From a virus (lineage: Duplodnaviria; Caudoviricetes), in the IMG/VR virus record IMGVR_UViG_3300025103_000064, positions 1-37,392 of that record: a stretch of DNA of 37,392 nt; one strand, given 5' to 3'. A program made the translations under genes and the position numbers. Position 1 is the stretch's first letter. Each line of letters opens with the position of its first letter. Positions 17,197-28,200 of this stretch are shown piece by piece. The notes beneath the pieces were generated by a model. That model had not been told where the DNA came from. It did not search any database and saw only the letters and a program-made list of their open reading frames with translations.

Positions 17197-20100
17197 TATA
17201 TACCTCTCCCGCAATTATTAATAATATCTGATATATCATCTGTCTCTTCTTCAACATTGTCATAGTTATCTTCGTTTAATTCTTGTGCTGATTCATCTGC
17301 AAAATTAGACGCATCCTCACTATCTATCATATCCAATCCCTTGGCTACAGCAGAGGCAGGAGTAACTCCTTCTCCAGTAGGCGTGATCGTAATAGTCTCT
17401 CCAGTATCAGTTTTAACTTCTTCTTCTGTAATCTTTTCTTTTTTAGGCTCCACCTCTACCTTAGGCTTAGGCTTAGTACCTAAACTTAATTGCTTTTGCT
17501 GTTTCCTTAATGCCCCAATAGCCATCTTTAATTGGGTTGCTCCTGGTCCATCCATCTTGGGCAAGGCTCTTTCTAGCTTATCTATCTCGGCCTGTATCTC
17601 AGATGCCTTAGTTTCAATAGGATCTTCCACTGGAGTAGACTCTTCTTCACCAAAGAATGCATCCATTTTTTGAGCTGTAGTTTTAGGCTTCTTCTTAGCA
17701 GGCTTATCTTTCTGGGAGGTTTTAATGTTAATCTCAGATACAGCCTGTTTTGCCATAGCCTTCATTAAGGCTGAAATCATATCCTCCCTTTTAGTTTTGG
17801 TAGTATACTTAAGCCCATAGGCATCCATTAGGACTTTAAGGCTCATCTTGGTTAAGCCTCTAAATCCAGGCTTACTTTTAGTCCCCTGTGTGCCCCCAAG
17901 GAAAGCTTTTAATCCGTTTATACCCCTCTGTTCAAATGCTACTTGTGCTGCATAAGCTAAATCTTTAACATCCCATCCTTTATTAGGGTCTAAGAAAATA
18001 TCTTTAACTCTAGATCTTCTTGCATTTCCTTCATCTATTTTTTGTTGTTCAGCTGGACCAGGAGCTTTTGAACTCTGATATGTTGCTCCTGTATCTACAT
18101 TCCCCTCTAGAAATTCATTTAATTGATTTGTAAACTCTGTTTCATCATTATAGACTTTTATGAAATCATCATTATCCTCTAAAGCCTTATCGAGAAACTC
18201 ATCTGCTTTATCGCCTACTTCTTGCCCGCTTTCACCTGGGGCAATGCTTGATTTTACTTCCCTTTTGTAATTTATTCTTAATTCCGATATAATAGTATTC
18301 TTGATAGACTCATCTTGGATTTCATCAAGCACACCAATGCCAGCTTTATCAATAACCATTTGTATAGCTTGGCTAACATCAGCCATAAGCCTGTTATCTT
18401 TGCTTAGTTTATTTAATATAATTTGAGCATCAGTTAAATCTTGATGGTCCTTTGATCTACCCCTATTGCCTTTATCCCATATTCGTGCAATTGCCCCTAA
18501 CCTACCATCACTTGATTGATGAGCCAGTGCAATTAATAATTCCCCCATAGTACTTATATCTTCAATGTTCTTATTAAGCTCTGGTACAGCAAAACCTTCG
18601 TCTTCTGCTTTTTTTTGCACAGTGCTTGTTATTATTTTAGCCGTATCCTTGTCTTTAGTAATAAACCTTTTTATTTTCCCGCCAATACCAACTAATATAC
18701 CTGGCTTGCCGTCAGGAGAATCTTCATCAACTCCAATAGTTACTTGGTCTTTGGCATCTTTATTACCCATTAAATAAGATATACCTTTAGTCCCTGCAGA
18801 CATACCACCACCACCAGCTGTACCAGTAAAGAATGCCTGGAGTGCTTCAGGAGATGATGCCATTTCTTTCATATTTTCCATATTAGAAAATTGTCTATGG
18901 TATAAATCCATAGCTTCTTCAGGGGTTGCAGCATGCCCAGATTCTAATGCTTTACTCATAGCTAATCCATTAATCTCTTGCATTGCCTCTATAACACCTT
19001 CTTCAATGTTATCTACTAAGAACTCACCACCCTTACTCATCCACTTAGCAACACCTCCAGCTTTCATTGCATCATCATAAAATTTTCTTAATACAGTAGA
19101 GGTAAGCAGGGTTTTAGCCTGATCGTCAAATGCTCCATACTTTGCTATCTTGGTGAATTGTAATTTCTCTAGTAAACCATTAGTGATACCAACAACTAAT
19201 GCTGTTGATGCAGCTATTGGCACAGCCTGTCCTGGATCCATCTTAAGCTCATTAACAAGAATGTCTAATGACTCTTCCATCTGGCCACTACCTTCCATTA
19301 ATGTCATACCGCCTACCTGGGCAAAGCTACCTACTGTTAAATTCTTTAATCCTTGTTTTACTGTCTGAGTACCAATAGCTGCGCCAAAGGTTTGCCTAAC
19401 TGCTCCAGGAGCTCCACCTAACAGTGTACCAACAGTCATACTTGGCAGCATATCTGCAACAGCCCGAGCTATCATTTGAGGGTGTACAAATTGCCTAACT
19501 CCATGATCTTCATAGCTGAATGGTGTTTCTTTTTGCCATTGCAAGTAGCCCTGTACGCCAGGGTTATTAATAAGATACTCATCTTGTCTTTTTTTATGCT
19601 CAGTCCAGAAGTCAATAGTTTTATTTGTCAGCCATTCCTCAGCTTCTTTCCAGTTTGGACCAATCCCAAATGGTAGGAACGATGAGCTTCTTAGCTTATC
19701 AGCTCTTTCAAGCATATCTTCTTTAGTAACTTTATGTATATTCCCGCTACCATCAACCCAATCCATCATCCCATTTTCATCAAGGATAGGATTTCCACTA
19801 CCATCTTTTGTAATGCTCTCTGTTACCATCGCATAAGCTGATTGCTCATCAAAGCCTCCAGCTACTTGCCCTGCAATAAAGGTTGGGATTCCACTTATAA
19901 ATCTTTGACCAGTATACCATGCCTTACTATCATCGCCAAATATATGAGCTCCAACAGCAGTCTCCTCACCATCAACCATGATGCTTTGAGGTTTTCTTGT
20001 ACCAATATTTAATGCTGCATCTATTGCACCACCAACAATAGGAATCTTAGACACCATTGAACCTGTTGGAGTCATTTCCATATCGTATTCAGAAAAGTCT

Positions 20101-20255
20101 ACAATGCTATCAATATCCAATGTAGAGCGCATAGCATCTGCAAATTCAGCAGGATCTGTTATATCTTGGTATCTAAAATAGTTTGGGTTTTCTTGTCTGA
20201 ATTGAGTCCCCCACTCAGCAGGGGTCAACTTAGTAGCGACTTGAGGGTCGGCCAT
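17196..20255 (-). CDS. large internal virion/ejection protein (1019 aa)
   Basis: Gly/Ala-rich hydrophobic helices with an E..EEG..E..QE pattern, HeH-like motif near the C-terminus, acidic tail; TAATG coupling. Confidence 0.7.
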   Translation of the reverse strand: MADPQVATKLTPAEWGTQFRQENPNYFRYQDITDPAEFADAMRSTLDIDSIVDFSEYDMEMTPTGSMVSKIPIVGGAIDAALNIGTRKPQSIMVDGEETAVGAHIFGDDSKAWYTGQRFISGIPTFIAGQVAGGFDEQSAYAMVTESITKDGSGNPILDENGMMDWVDGSGNIHKVTKEDMLERADKLRSSSFLPFGIGPNWKEAEEWLTNKTIDFWTEHKKRQDEYLINNPGVQGYLQWQKETPFSYEDHGVRQFVHPQMIARAVADMLPSMTVGTLLGGAPGAVRQTFGAAIGTQTVKQGLKNLTVGSFAQVGGMTLMEGSGQMEESLDILVNELKMDPGQAVPIAASTALVVGITNGLLEKLQFTKIAKYGAFDDQAKTLLTSTVLRKFYDDAMKAGGVAKWMSKGGEFLVDNIEEGVIEAMQEINGLAMSKALESGHAATPEEAMDLYHRQFSNMENMKEMASSPEALQAFFTGTAGGGGMSAGTKGISYLMGNKDAKDQVTIGVDEDSPDGKPGILVGIGGKIKRFITKDKDTAKIITSTVQKKAEDEGFAVPELNKNIEDISTMGELLIALAHQSSDGRLGAIARIWDKGNRGRSKDHQDLTDAQIILNKLSKDNRLMADVSQAIQMVIDKAGIGVLDEIQDESIKNTIISELRINYKREVKSSIAPGESGQEVGDKADEFLDKALEDNDDFIKVYNDETEFTNQLNEFLEGNVDTGATYQSSKAPGPAEQQKIDEGNARRSRVKDIFLDPNKGWDVKDLAYAAQVAFEQRGINGLKAFLGGTQGTKSKPGFRGLTKMSLKVLMDAYGLKYTTKTKREDMISALMKAMAKQAVSEINIKTSQKDKPAKKKPKTTAQKMDAFFGEEESTPVEDPIETKASEIQAEIDKLERALPKMDGPGATQLKMAIGALRKQQKQLSLGTKPKPKVEVEPKKEKITEEEVKTDTGETITITPTGEGVTPASAVAKGLDMIDSEDASNFADESAQELNEDNYDNVEEETDDISDIINNCGRGI

Positions 20256-22360
20256 TATTCTACTCCTATTTTGCCGTCACTAAGACTGGCAATAAAATCA
20301 TCCACTCCTTCATACTGAGATGCATTAAGAGCATACATATACTCTAGCATCCCTTTACTAATTTTATTTACACCAGCAGTATTAAACTCTTTGAGTAATC
20401 TTCTAAGCTTAGGTAATTCCTTAGCAACCATAGCAGCATCAGCATCACCTCTCATGCCTTGTAGTTCTTTAATAGTTTCTTGCAGCTCTTTTTTAGCTGA
20501 ACTCTTTAGCTTACGAGTAACATTCTTGTCAGACCATATTCCAATTTTTCTTAATTGCTTAGAGTCTATAGAATTAATATAAGACATATCATCTTGATCT
20601 GGTGATTGAGATGGTACTGATACTCTGATATCAGCTACTCTTTCAGCCTCTGCACGTTTAGCAACAGCCTCAGGACTCTTATCTTGAGCTAATCCACCTA
20701 ATACCTTGCCTAGTGATAGTTTGCCTTTATCAGGAACTGCAGCAGGTTTACTTGGTTTAGATGTAGGCTTAGGATCTATTGATGCAATAATATCTGTGAC
20801 ATCTACCCCTTTAGCCATAGTGAATGTGCTCTTGGGCTCTGTAGATGGAGCTTTTCTTACCTCATCCCATTCGCTCTCTGGTATTTGTGCAAATTCTTCA
20901 GCTCTCTTCTTGTCTGCTATAGTCTTAACTAAATCCAATATATTGCTCTGACCCTTCATTATACTTTGACCAGCAGCAGTTTGCTTTCCTGCAGGAGTTC
21001 CACCAACAGTTTTGGGAGGAGCTAATACTCCAACTGGTTGAGTGGTAGATGGTATAAATGGACTTGGAGAAGTAGACATCTTTGTGCCAGTTGCAGGAGG
21101 TACTACGGGAGCTGTAGGCTCCTGTTCATCTACAGCTAAATTAACAAGCCTATTAGTATATGCTGATATAGAACTATCTACATTAGTATTGCTCTGAGCA
21201 TCAAGGATTTGGTCTTGAATGTCGCCGGTCTTCATATATAGATCTAGCATCTTAGAGAAATGAAGTCTTTGGTTCCTGGCAGTCGCAGTATCAGGATCAC
21301 CAGGCTTAAGCCCATAGCCCCATGTATCTACATTGCCTTCAAGTATATCATATACAGATTGGTTGGGATTTTCTTTTAACTTATCTTTAATGAAGTTCTC
21401 AAGGCCATCAATATTCTTTGAGTAAGATCTTCCATTCTTCTTCTTAGGTAAATCAATAAATCCAGTATTAAATACATTGGTTATATTCTCACCGACACTA
21501 CTTCTAACATATGAAATATTATCAGGAGTAATTTCTTTCTCGGTAAACTGTAGTGCACTAAAGTCACTCGTTAAAGTCTTTTTATAGTCATCATTAAGTT
21601 CACCGTAATTAAAGTCTTTTAGCTCTCTATCTAACAAGCGCATGTCTTTAGTGCCGTAATTAAGGATTGCCCCTACATTGCCTGCATTAATATCTTTAGA
21701 TATCTTAAACAATTCCTTCATAGCATCTTTGTTAGATATTGCCCCTACTTTATTCATCTCATAAAGATTCTTAAGTCCAGTAGTAGCAGATTGTATACCT
21801 GGAGCAACTATTATATTACCGTTCTCATCTGTTTCGCCCAATGCTAAATCATCTATATAGTTAAACATAGACTTAGTCTTAATATCATCCCCAAGAGCTT
21901 CTATTTCTTTTTGATATGCACTATATTCAGTAGAATTAAAGTATTGCTTCTTAGCCTCAAAGGTAGTCATCATAGAATTGTATAGCTCTTGCATACCTGA
22001 AGTAGTATCTTCTAGTTTTAATTCCTTGGCTTTAGCAAATGATTGGTTAAAACTAACAACTGCCTCTTGCTTGTTTACAAAGTTATCCCTTAATCTGCCC
22101 ATTGCTTTTAGTGCATTGTTTCCTGCCATAGCTATAGTGGGGTCATTACCATGGGGAGTTAATTCATCCATCATAGAGGCTGCAGCTGCATCAAATTGAG
22201 CTACACTTGTATAATTAGCAGCTTCCTTTAAGTACCCTTCAGTAGCAGCTATAGATAGTTTCTTCATTTGAGAGTTTTCAGCCATACTCCTTTGTATCAT
22301 CAACTTAGGGAGATCACTCATTAATTTTTCTAAACCTGTTGCTATTCTACTTCTAGCCAT
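20255..22360 (-). CDS. internal virion/ejection protein (likely start 22360, 701 aa)
   Basis: TAATG coupling; helical N-terminus, Pro/Thr-rich linker, no Cys. Confidence 0.6.
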   Translation of the reverse strand: MARSRIATGLEKLMSDLPKLMIQRSMAENSQMKKLSIAATEGYLKEAANYTSVAQFDAAAASMMDELTPHGNDPTIAMAGNNALKAMGRLRDNFVNKQEAVVSFNQSFAKAKELKLEDTTSGMQELYNSMMTTFEAKKQYFNSTEYSAYQKEIEALGDDIKTKSMFNYIDDLALGETDENGNIIVAPGIQSATTGLKNLYEMNKVGAISNKDAMKELFKISKDINAGNVGAILNYGTKDMRLLDRELKDFNYGELNDDYKKTLTSDFSALQFTEKEITPDNISYVRSSVGENITNVFNTGFIDLPKKKNGRSYSKNIDGLENFIKDKLKENPNQSVYDILEGNVDTWGYGLKPGDPDTATARNQRLHFSKMLDLYMKTGDIQDQILDAQSNTNVDSSISAYTNRLVNLAVDEQEPTAPVVPPATGTKMSTSPSPFIPSTTQPVGVLAPPKTVGGTPAGKQTAAGQSIMKGQSNILDLVKTIADKKRAEEFAQIPESEWDEVRKAPSTEPKSTFTMAKGVDVTDIIASIDPKPTSKPSKPAAVPDKGKLSLGKVLGGLAQDKSPEAVAKRAEAERVADIRVSVPSQSPDQDDMSYINSIDSKQLRKIGIWSDKNVTRKLKSSAKKELQETIKELQGMRGDADAAMVAKELPKLRRLLKEFNTAGVNKISKGMLEYMYALNASQYEGVDDFIASLSDGKIGVE

Positions 22361-23127
22361 TACCAATGACCCCCTTTACCACTTTTCCAATGTCCATCAT
22401 AAAAGACGCCTTCATCATAATAATGATATGGTTGTTTTGTATCCGTTTTATACCAAGTATCACCATGTTCACCCCAACCATTATTATGGCCAGCACTTTG
22501 AGTGCCATACCCGTGTCTCTCAGTACCGTCTCCATCCCAATCTAAGCCAAAAGCAGTCTGATAGCGGGCTAATTCTATATCTCCTCCTGCAGCTCTAATA
22601 TTCGCTTCTGTTACACCATCTGCAGCTACTTCAGCATCAATTTCATTTTGAGTTGCTCCATCACCCCCTACAGCTGTATTATATGCCTCAACTGATGAGG
22701 CCATATCAGATTCATATTGTTCTCTTAATGAACCTATAGCCTCTCCTAGCCCACGTTTAGCACTTCCTTGAGCCCTATATAACCCTGCTTGTGCTCTAGA
22801 TGCAGCAGCCATACCTTCTTCTTCCATAGACTCCATTGTGCCAGAAGTAAGGCCACCTTTTATACTTTTAGATAATGCTTTTCTTTCTGCAATAGCTTTA
22901 GTGCGCACGTCCTCTGTCTTATCTCCTAAATCTGTAAGCCCAGACATATAGTCTGCTAATAAATTTTGTTCTTTAAGTGGGTCGTATGTGTATAAGTAAT
23001 CTGAAACATCAACATCATCACTTACTATTGTATCTCCCATGTACTCATCATATATAGAACTACCAAACTCTTCGGAAGAGCCACCAAATCCCTCACCATA
23101 GTTTAAATTATCTGTACCGAATGGCAT
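22360..23127 (-). CDS. putative ejection protein (255 aa)
   Basis: Acidic, Gly/Ala-rich, coiled middle; position in the ejection cluster. Confidence 0.55.
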   Translation of the reverse strand: MPFGTDNLNYGEGFGGSSEEFGSSIYDEYMGDTIVSDDVDVSDYLYTYDPLKEQNLLADYMSGLTDLGDKTEDVRTKAIAERKALSKSIKGGLTSGTMESMEEEGMAAASRAQAGLYRAQGSAKRGLGEAIGSLREQYESDMASSVEAYNTAVGGDGATQNEIDAEVAADGVTEANIRAAGGDIELARYQTAFGLDWDGDGTERHGYGTQSAGHNNGWGEHGDTWYKTDTKQPYHYYDEGVFYDGHWKSGKGGHW

Positions 23128-23771
23128 TATTTATTATCCTTAATATAAGCTTCATAAACATCTAATCCTAGCTTCTGCTTTCCATAGTTTTTAGCACCTC
23201 GACCAATCAATTGTTTTGCCTGCTCCTGAGCTAAGTAAGAATAAGAACTAGCCCCTCCTTGCCCAACCTTAGCTGCAGATGATGCAAAAGCACCAGTGCC
23301 ACCTTGCAATCCAGTGCCAGCATTTAATCCACCTCCCGCAGTATATACACTAAACGCATCACTAGCGGCGTTCATAAGTCTATCCTCATTAACACCTTTT
23401 TTATAGTCCTCAAGAGATTTATTCATGTCAGCCACCTTATCTCTACCAAATCCACCAGATTCAACAGTAGTGTCTATACCTCCTGCTGCTCTTTCACCTG
23501 CCTTACTACCAGTATATGAACCTATTCCAGCTCCTATTGTAGCAGCTGTAAGTCCAGACATAACAGCTAAGCTTGCACCTCCGGTTAGTGGAGCTAATGC
23601 AAGGCCAGCAAGTGCGCCTAATCCTGCTCCACCCAGTCTACCCCAAAAAGAACTATCAGCAGCAGCTTCATTTTGTTCTTGGGCTCGCTGTGCTGAACTC
23701 TTTAGAATGTTATCTGATTTTCTTATATCCTTTGCGAGGTTATATCTTGCTCTTACTCTGCCACTAGCCAT
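23127..23771 (-). CDS. putative ejection/DNA-transfer protein with glycine-zipper membrane segment (214 aa)
   Basis: GRLGGAGLGALAGLALAPLTGGASLAVMSGLTAATIGAGIG; TAAGGAG RBS. Confidence 0.65.
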   Translation of the reverse strand: MASGRVRARYNLAKDIRKSDNILKSSAQRAQEQNEAAADSSFWGRLGGAGLGALAGLALAPLTGGASLAVMSGLTAATIGAGIGSYTGSKAGERAAGGIDTTVESGGFGRDKVADMNKSLEDYKKGVNEDRLMNAASDAFSVYTAGGGLNAGTGLQGGTGAFASSAAKVGQGGASSYSYLAQEQAKQLIGRGAKNYGKQKLGLDVYEAYIKDNK

Positions 23772-23786
23772 TGTATTTACTCCTTA

Positions 23787-23827
23787 AAATTGCTTGCAAT
23801 TTAACTCCTTGTTAATAACATATCCAA
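23787..23827 (-). promoter_or_regulatory. putative promoter TTGGAT-N18-TAAATT with inverted repeat AAATTGC-AA-GCAATTT
   Basis: Lies in the intergenic gap upstream of the ejection cluster; same spacing and hexamers as the motif at 3988-4017. Confidence 0.45.
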
Positions 23828-23832
23828 ATAAT

Positions 23833-23961
23833 TTATTGTGCATTGATCCAATCTACTATTTCATTAATTTTATCTATCAGAACAATAATCATTGCCCCTT
23901 CTTCAGATCCCTCAATAAGAGCCTTATCTTCATCAGTATTACTTATTTTTTCTATTGCCAT
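23833..23961 (-). CDS. small tail-associated peptide (42 aa, not in ORF track)
   Basis: ATG directly after the stop of the 440 aa gene; MAIEKISNTDEDKALIEGSEEGAMIIVLIDKINEIVDWINAQ*; KINEIVDWIN trimeric coiled-coil-like motif. Confidence 0.6.
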   Translation of the reverse strand: MAIEKISNTDEDKALIEGSEEGAMIIVLIDKINEIVDWINAQ

Positions 23962-25284
23962 CTAACTAATCTCGCAAACTATACTAAATGATAATTCAAA
24001 ATAAAATTGTGACACACTGTCAAGCGTAGTTCTTCTTACAAAAGGGACTAGCATATCTCCCTTTGACAAACTAACAGATAGTCCTGTTTCACCTAGAGAA
24101 TATAAAATATAACCAGTCGCAGCTTGTGACTGTGTTGTCCCCACATTGCTTAAAGTATAATCCCCGGCACTACCATAAGTAACTCCAGTACCTTTCAGAA
24201 GTGCGACCTCATAGGTTTGTGAACTAGAAAAATTGCCAGTAAAGTTATATTCTTTAAGAGTGCAGTCTTTTGGTACTACTATCATTGGGTTATTGCTATC
24301 GGACCAAGTTGATGGCAAGGATGTACTACTGGTATTAGTGTTCCAATTATAATAAGCGATCCCATAAGTAGAGTTTGGGCGATACCAATTTAAATTTTTT
24401 GTATATGCCCTTGCTCCCCACTGCTGAATCCAATAAGAAGTTCCACCACCTCCGCCTCCTGCCATACTTGAACCACTAGTAATTTGGATATCATTACCAG
24501 CATCATTAGTAAAGTATAATTCATTTGGTGTAGCGTTCTTAACCCATATTTGACCATATGCAACTTGATCCGCATCTGCTGATGCTTGCTCTTGTTGGAA
24601 CATGCTTTTTCTAATCATTAAAGTTCCTGTTGGCTGAAACGTTAATGTGCTAACAGGATTTAGTGTCAATTGGCCATCAGGAGTAATATTAAGATGAGCA
24701 GTAGCCCCAGTAGCATCAAATGTAATAATGTCAGAATCGCCATTTGCCCCGCACTTTATAGCAAAATAATCACTTGTTGATGCTCCTACATTTTCATATA
24801 AAGTAAAATATGTATTAGCATGGTGCCCTGTTATATCTCCAACCTTAGTGCCATTTAGAAGGAATTGCAGTCCTTGGCCACCGCTTGCATTTGCTGCGTC
24901 AAGAACAAGATTATTGGCTGAATCTAATGTTAAGTTCTCACTAGAGTCAAATTTAACTCCACTACTAGATCCTTGCTGGGTAATAACATTATCGCCTAAT
25001 ATTATCTTACCACCCATCCTAAGAGATTCATCTCCCCTGTCTATTGATGTAGCTAATTTTCCGCCCCCCTGTGAAGCTATGCTTTGTGTGGGGAATTGTC
25101 CGCTTGAAGATATTGCAGCATCTCCTAATTGATACCATCTATTTCCATACTTAGCATACAAGAAGATTCCTTTAGATGTAATGCCTAATCTAAGTTCTCC
25201 ATTGTTACCTTCGTTTGGAGATGGAACTCCTTTAGATATTTCTATCCTATTAGATTTAGTATGCTGTAGTCCTCTTAAACTCAT
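23962..25284 (-). CDS. tail fibre/needle-like protein (440 aa)
   Basis: N-terminal GVPS..EG..GE...LYAK.G..W module, beta-rich Gly/Ser/Thr body, GGGGGG hinge, C-terminal beta-sandwich knob. Confidence 0.6.
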   Translation of the reverse strand: MSLRGLQHTKSNRIEISKGVPSPNEGNNGELRLGITSKGIFLYAKYGNRWYQLGDAAISSSGQFPTQSIASQGGGKLATSIDRGDESLRMGGKIILGDNVITQQGSSSGVKFDSSENLTLDSANNLVLDAANASGGQGLQFLLNGTKVGDITGHHANTYFTLYENVGASTSDYFAIKCGANGDSDIITFDATGATAHLNITPDGQLTLNPVSTLTFQPTGTLMIRKSMFQQEQASADADQVAYGQIWVKNATPNELYFTNDAGNDIQITSGSSMAGGGGGGTSYWIQQWGARAYTKNLNWYRPNSTYGIAYYNWNTNTSSTSLPSTWSDSNNPMIVVPKDCTLKEYNFTGNFSSSQTYEVALLKGTGVTYGSAGDYTLSNVGTTQSQAATGYILYSLGETGLSVSLSKGDMLVPFVRRTTLDSVSQFYFELSFSIVCEIS

Positions 25285-28200
25285 TAAAGAACTTTCTCCC
25301 TATAAACAATGCTTATATCATTTAACTCAAAGCCTTCACCGTCAATAATTTCTATCCTTAATTGAATAGAGTTGCAATTTTTAATAGAACCTTTAACTTT
25401 TTGGAATCTAAAAGTCTTAAAGTTAAGATTATCATCAAATGGTACAGACGTTACAAGTTCATCAATAGATTCTCTATTAAAATTGCCAGAATTATTAAGG
25501 GCATAGGATATCTTTAGTGAACCAGTACCCTTTGCTGATATGTCAACATAATTAATATTCTTAAGAGATGAAGGATTACCAAAATCAAAATCTTTCGTTT
25601 CAATAAAGGCCCCTCCACCTGTTGGATACTCACTATCATTATCCACTAAATCTGCAAATGTACTATTATTATTAAACTGTAATACCTTTAATTCGCCTGT
25701 ATATCCACCACTGATAAACAAGTCTGACTTAATAGTGCTTGATCCACCATCCTTAAAATGTAATGCTCCACAAGTAAGAGATTCTGTACTAGCTGTATCA
25801 GCACTATCAATTGCAGTTAATACTCCATGGCCAGTACCATTGATATTAGTATCTATTGCAATAGTTGTTTTTCCATAATTAGCTGAATTATCATTGCCAT
25901 CATATGTAACAGTTAAGGCCCTATACCTTTTATTAACAGATGATAAATAAATAATATCTCCAGCAGCAATATATTCTTGTAATGATATTGTATATGATTC
26001 TCCAGCATTGACATTAAAATCTTCTGCCTTTAAGATAATTTCTGTTCCCGTTGCACTACTAAAATTATCAGTTATTCTTGGATAATTAGAAGAACCAGAG
26101 CCATTAATAGTTACAAAGGCAGGATTCTCACTAAATATACCCGCAGTACCGCTTATTTGAGTTTTCAATTCATTATTAACATCATAGGAGTCATCATAAT
26201 CTCCGCTTGTCCACTTAATATCAGAAATGCTCTTACTGATAGGAGAATTTGCATTATCTGTTTTAGTAATTAACATATTTGCTTGAAGAGGATTAGTTTG
26301 CTCAGCACTAAGACTTCTTGAATTGTGTAATATAATCTCTCTTTTTTCTCCATTATCTCCAAGAGAAAAGAGTTGAAATCCTGCTACTGCTCCAGCACCA
26401 CTTGACTCAATGTTCCCATTTTCTGCTCCACTTATATCCGTCAAGTCTCTAGGATCTATATTATAATCAAATGATGTATCTTTTGCTTTTGGCGGATAGA
26501 ATGTACTTAATGTATCTAGCTCTCCATTGGCATGGGCAGAATGATTTTCATTCTTTAAAGGATTATTCCAAAATGCAACAGTACCTGGACCAGCAGCTAA
26601 AAGTTCGATTGATTGCTTAGTGCTTACAGATAATTGCTCGGACTTAAGGAATCTTAATTTACAATAACCATTTATACCCCAAGGGTAATTATGTATAGGA
26701 TCATAAATCTGCCCTTCATATCCATCATCATTTATATCATTTTCAAGCCAAGGATTGGAAAGATTGACCACCTTGTTATTTTGGACATCAATAACTTCAC
26801 CTCCGCTTAAAATCATGTCTGAAAACTCATAGTTTAAGTTAGGGCTATCAGTAGCAGGCAAAGACCATTCATATTTATTTCCTATAACATGAGCATGTTT
26901 ATTAAGTGTATAATCACAAATATAATGTAAAATAATCTCAGAATGAGTTACTTCAATAACTAAATAAGGCACAGAGCTATAACTAACTGCACTTGGCAAT
27001 TTGCCTGAAGCATCTACTTGTTCTCCCACTCCTGCATCAGAGTAAAATAAAGTAGAGTCTTCCCAAGCTTTTGAATTGTCTCCATTCATAATAGCTATAG
27101 ATTGTAATCCTGAGTTCCGATTTATATGATTAGCTTTAGGCCTTGTGCTACTTGATTCATCAGATTCAAATCCATTAGTAGAAATTTTTGTCTCAAATAC
27201 AATTCCATTTTGCCCTATGCTTTCAGGCTCTTTAAATAACATTGAGTCTCTAGTCAACATATTGTCTCTTGCCTCACAAGTTAATGCATCTGATGGAGAT
27301 TGTTGATTAAACGGTATACTATTTCCATAAACTCTTGTTTCTTTATCTTCATCTTCAAAATTAGGGAATATCCCATCAGCATCAGGAAAAGAATTTGAAA
27401 ATCCATAGTAATTTTTACTGCTGTTATAGCCATAGCCATTGCCAATATTATTAAAAGGTTCAATATTATCGGGATTAGAATATTTTATACCAGGTGTATA
27501 CATTAGATCACCAAAATCTTTAAATAAATAGTTTGAGCCAGAATCTAGTAAGTCCTTACTAATAAAATATTCAGCCTTACTTTGTACATTCTCTAAGCTA
27601 CTTGAGAAATCATTAAATGTAGTTTGCCATCCAATAAAATAATTATTTGCATATAGATTGCTATCAACCCGCATATTCATTGTCGGGTCTGATGCAAAAG
27701 GAGTTTCTACATAATTTAATACTTCAAGATCGCTTTTATTTATAAGTTCGTTAGATGACGTTTTGCCAACACCTTCTACAATTTTGCAATTAGGATTATC
27801 TTTTCCAAAACCAAAATAAAAATAACCATTAGGCCATTGAGTATCTTGTTGTGAACCAGAGTTATCTCTATAAAATCCATTTCCATTCTTTTGGTCTTCT
27901 CCAGAATTACTCCCTCCATCGCTAACAAACTTTGCATGCAAATCCTCTGAGTCTGTAGACCATGACTGAGTAAATATTAATCCAGGGGATACATATGCTC
28001 CTGAGTTTATATCATTAGGAAGTACATAGCCAGGACCATTGGACATATCGAGGGATTCACTGCTGTAATTTTTTAATGAATCATTGTGCGTAAAGTTACA
28101 CATATATCTAACTAATCTAGGATTTGTTCTTGCGGCACAAGCAATGTTATATTGACCATCATCACCACTAGTAGTATAAGACCAATGGTTCTCTGCGTCT

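Noticed and set aside
20700-21130. Pro/Thr/Lys-rich stretch in the 701 aa protein as a tandem repeat
   Set aside because: Low-complexity linker only; no nucleotide-level repeat unit seen.
22360-22385. 255 aa virion protein ends KSGKGG-HW, a possible substrate for JAB/E1
   Set aside because: The Gly codons coincide with the AAAGGGGG RBS of the coupled downstream gene; similar RBS-driven Gly occur at other junctions (GRGI, KIGVE, KKG).
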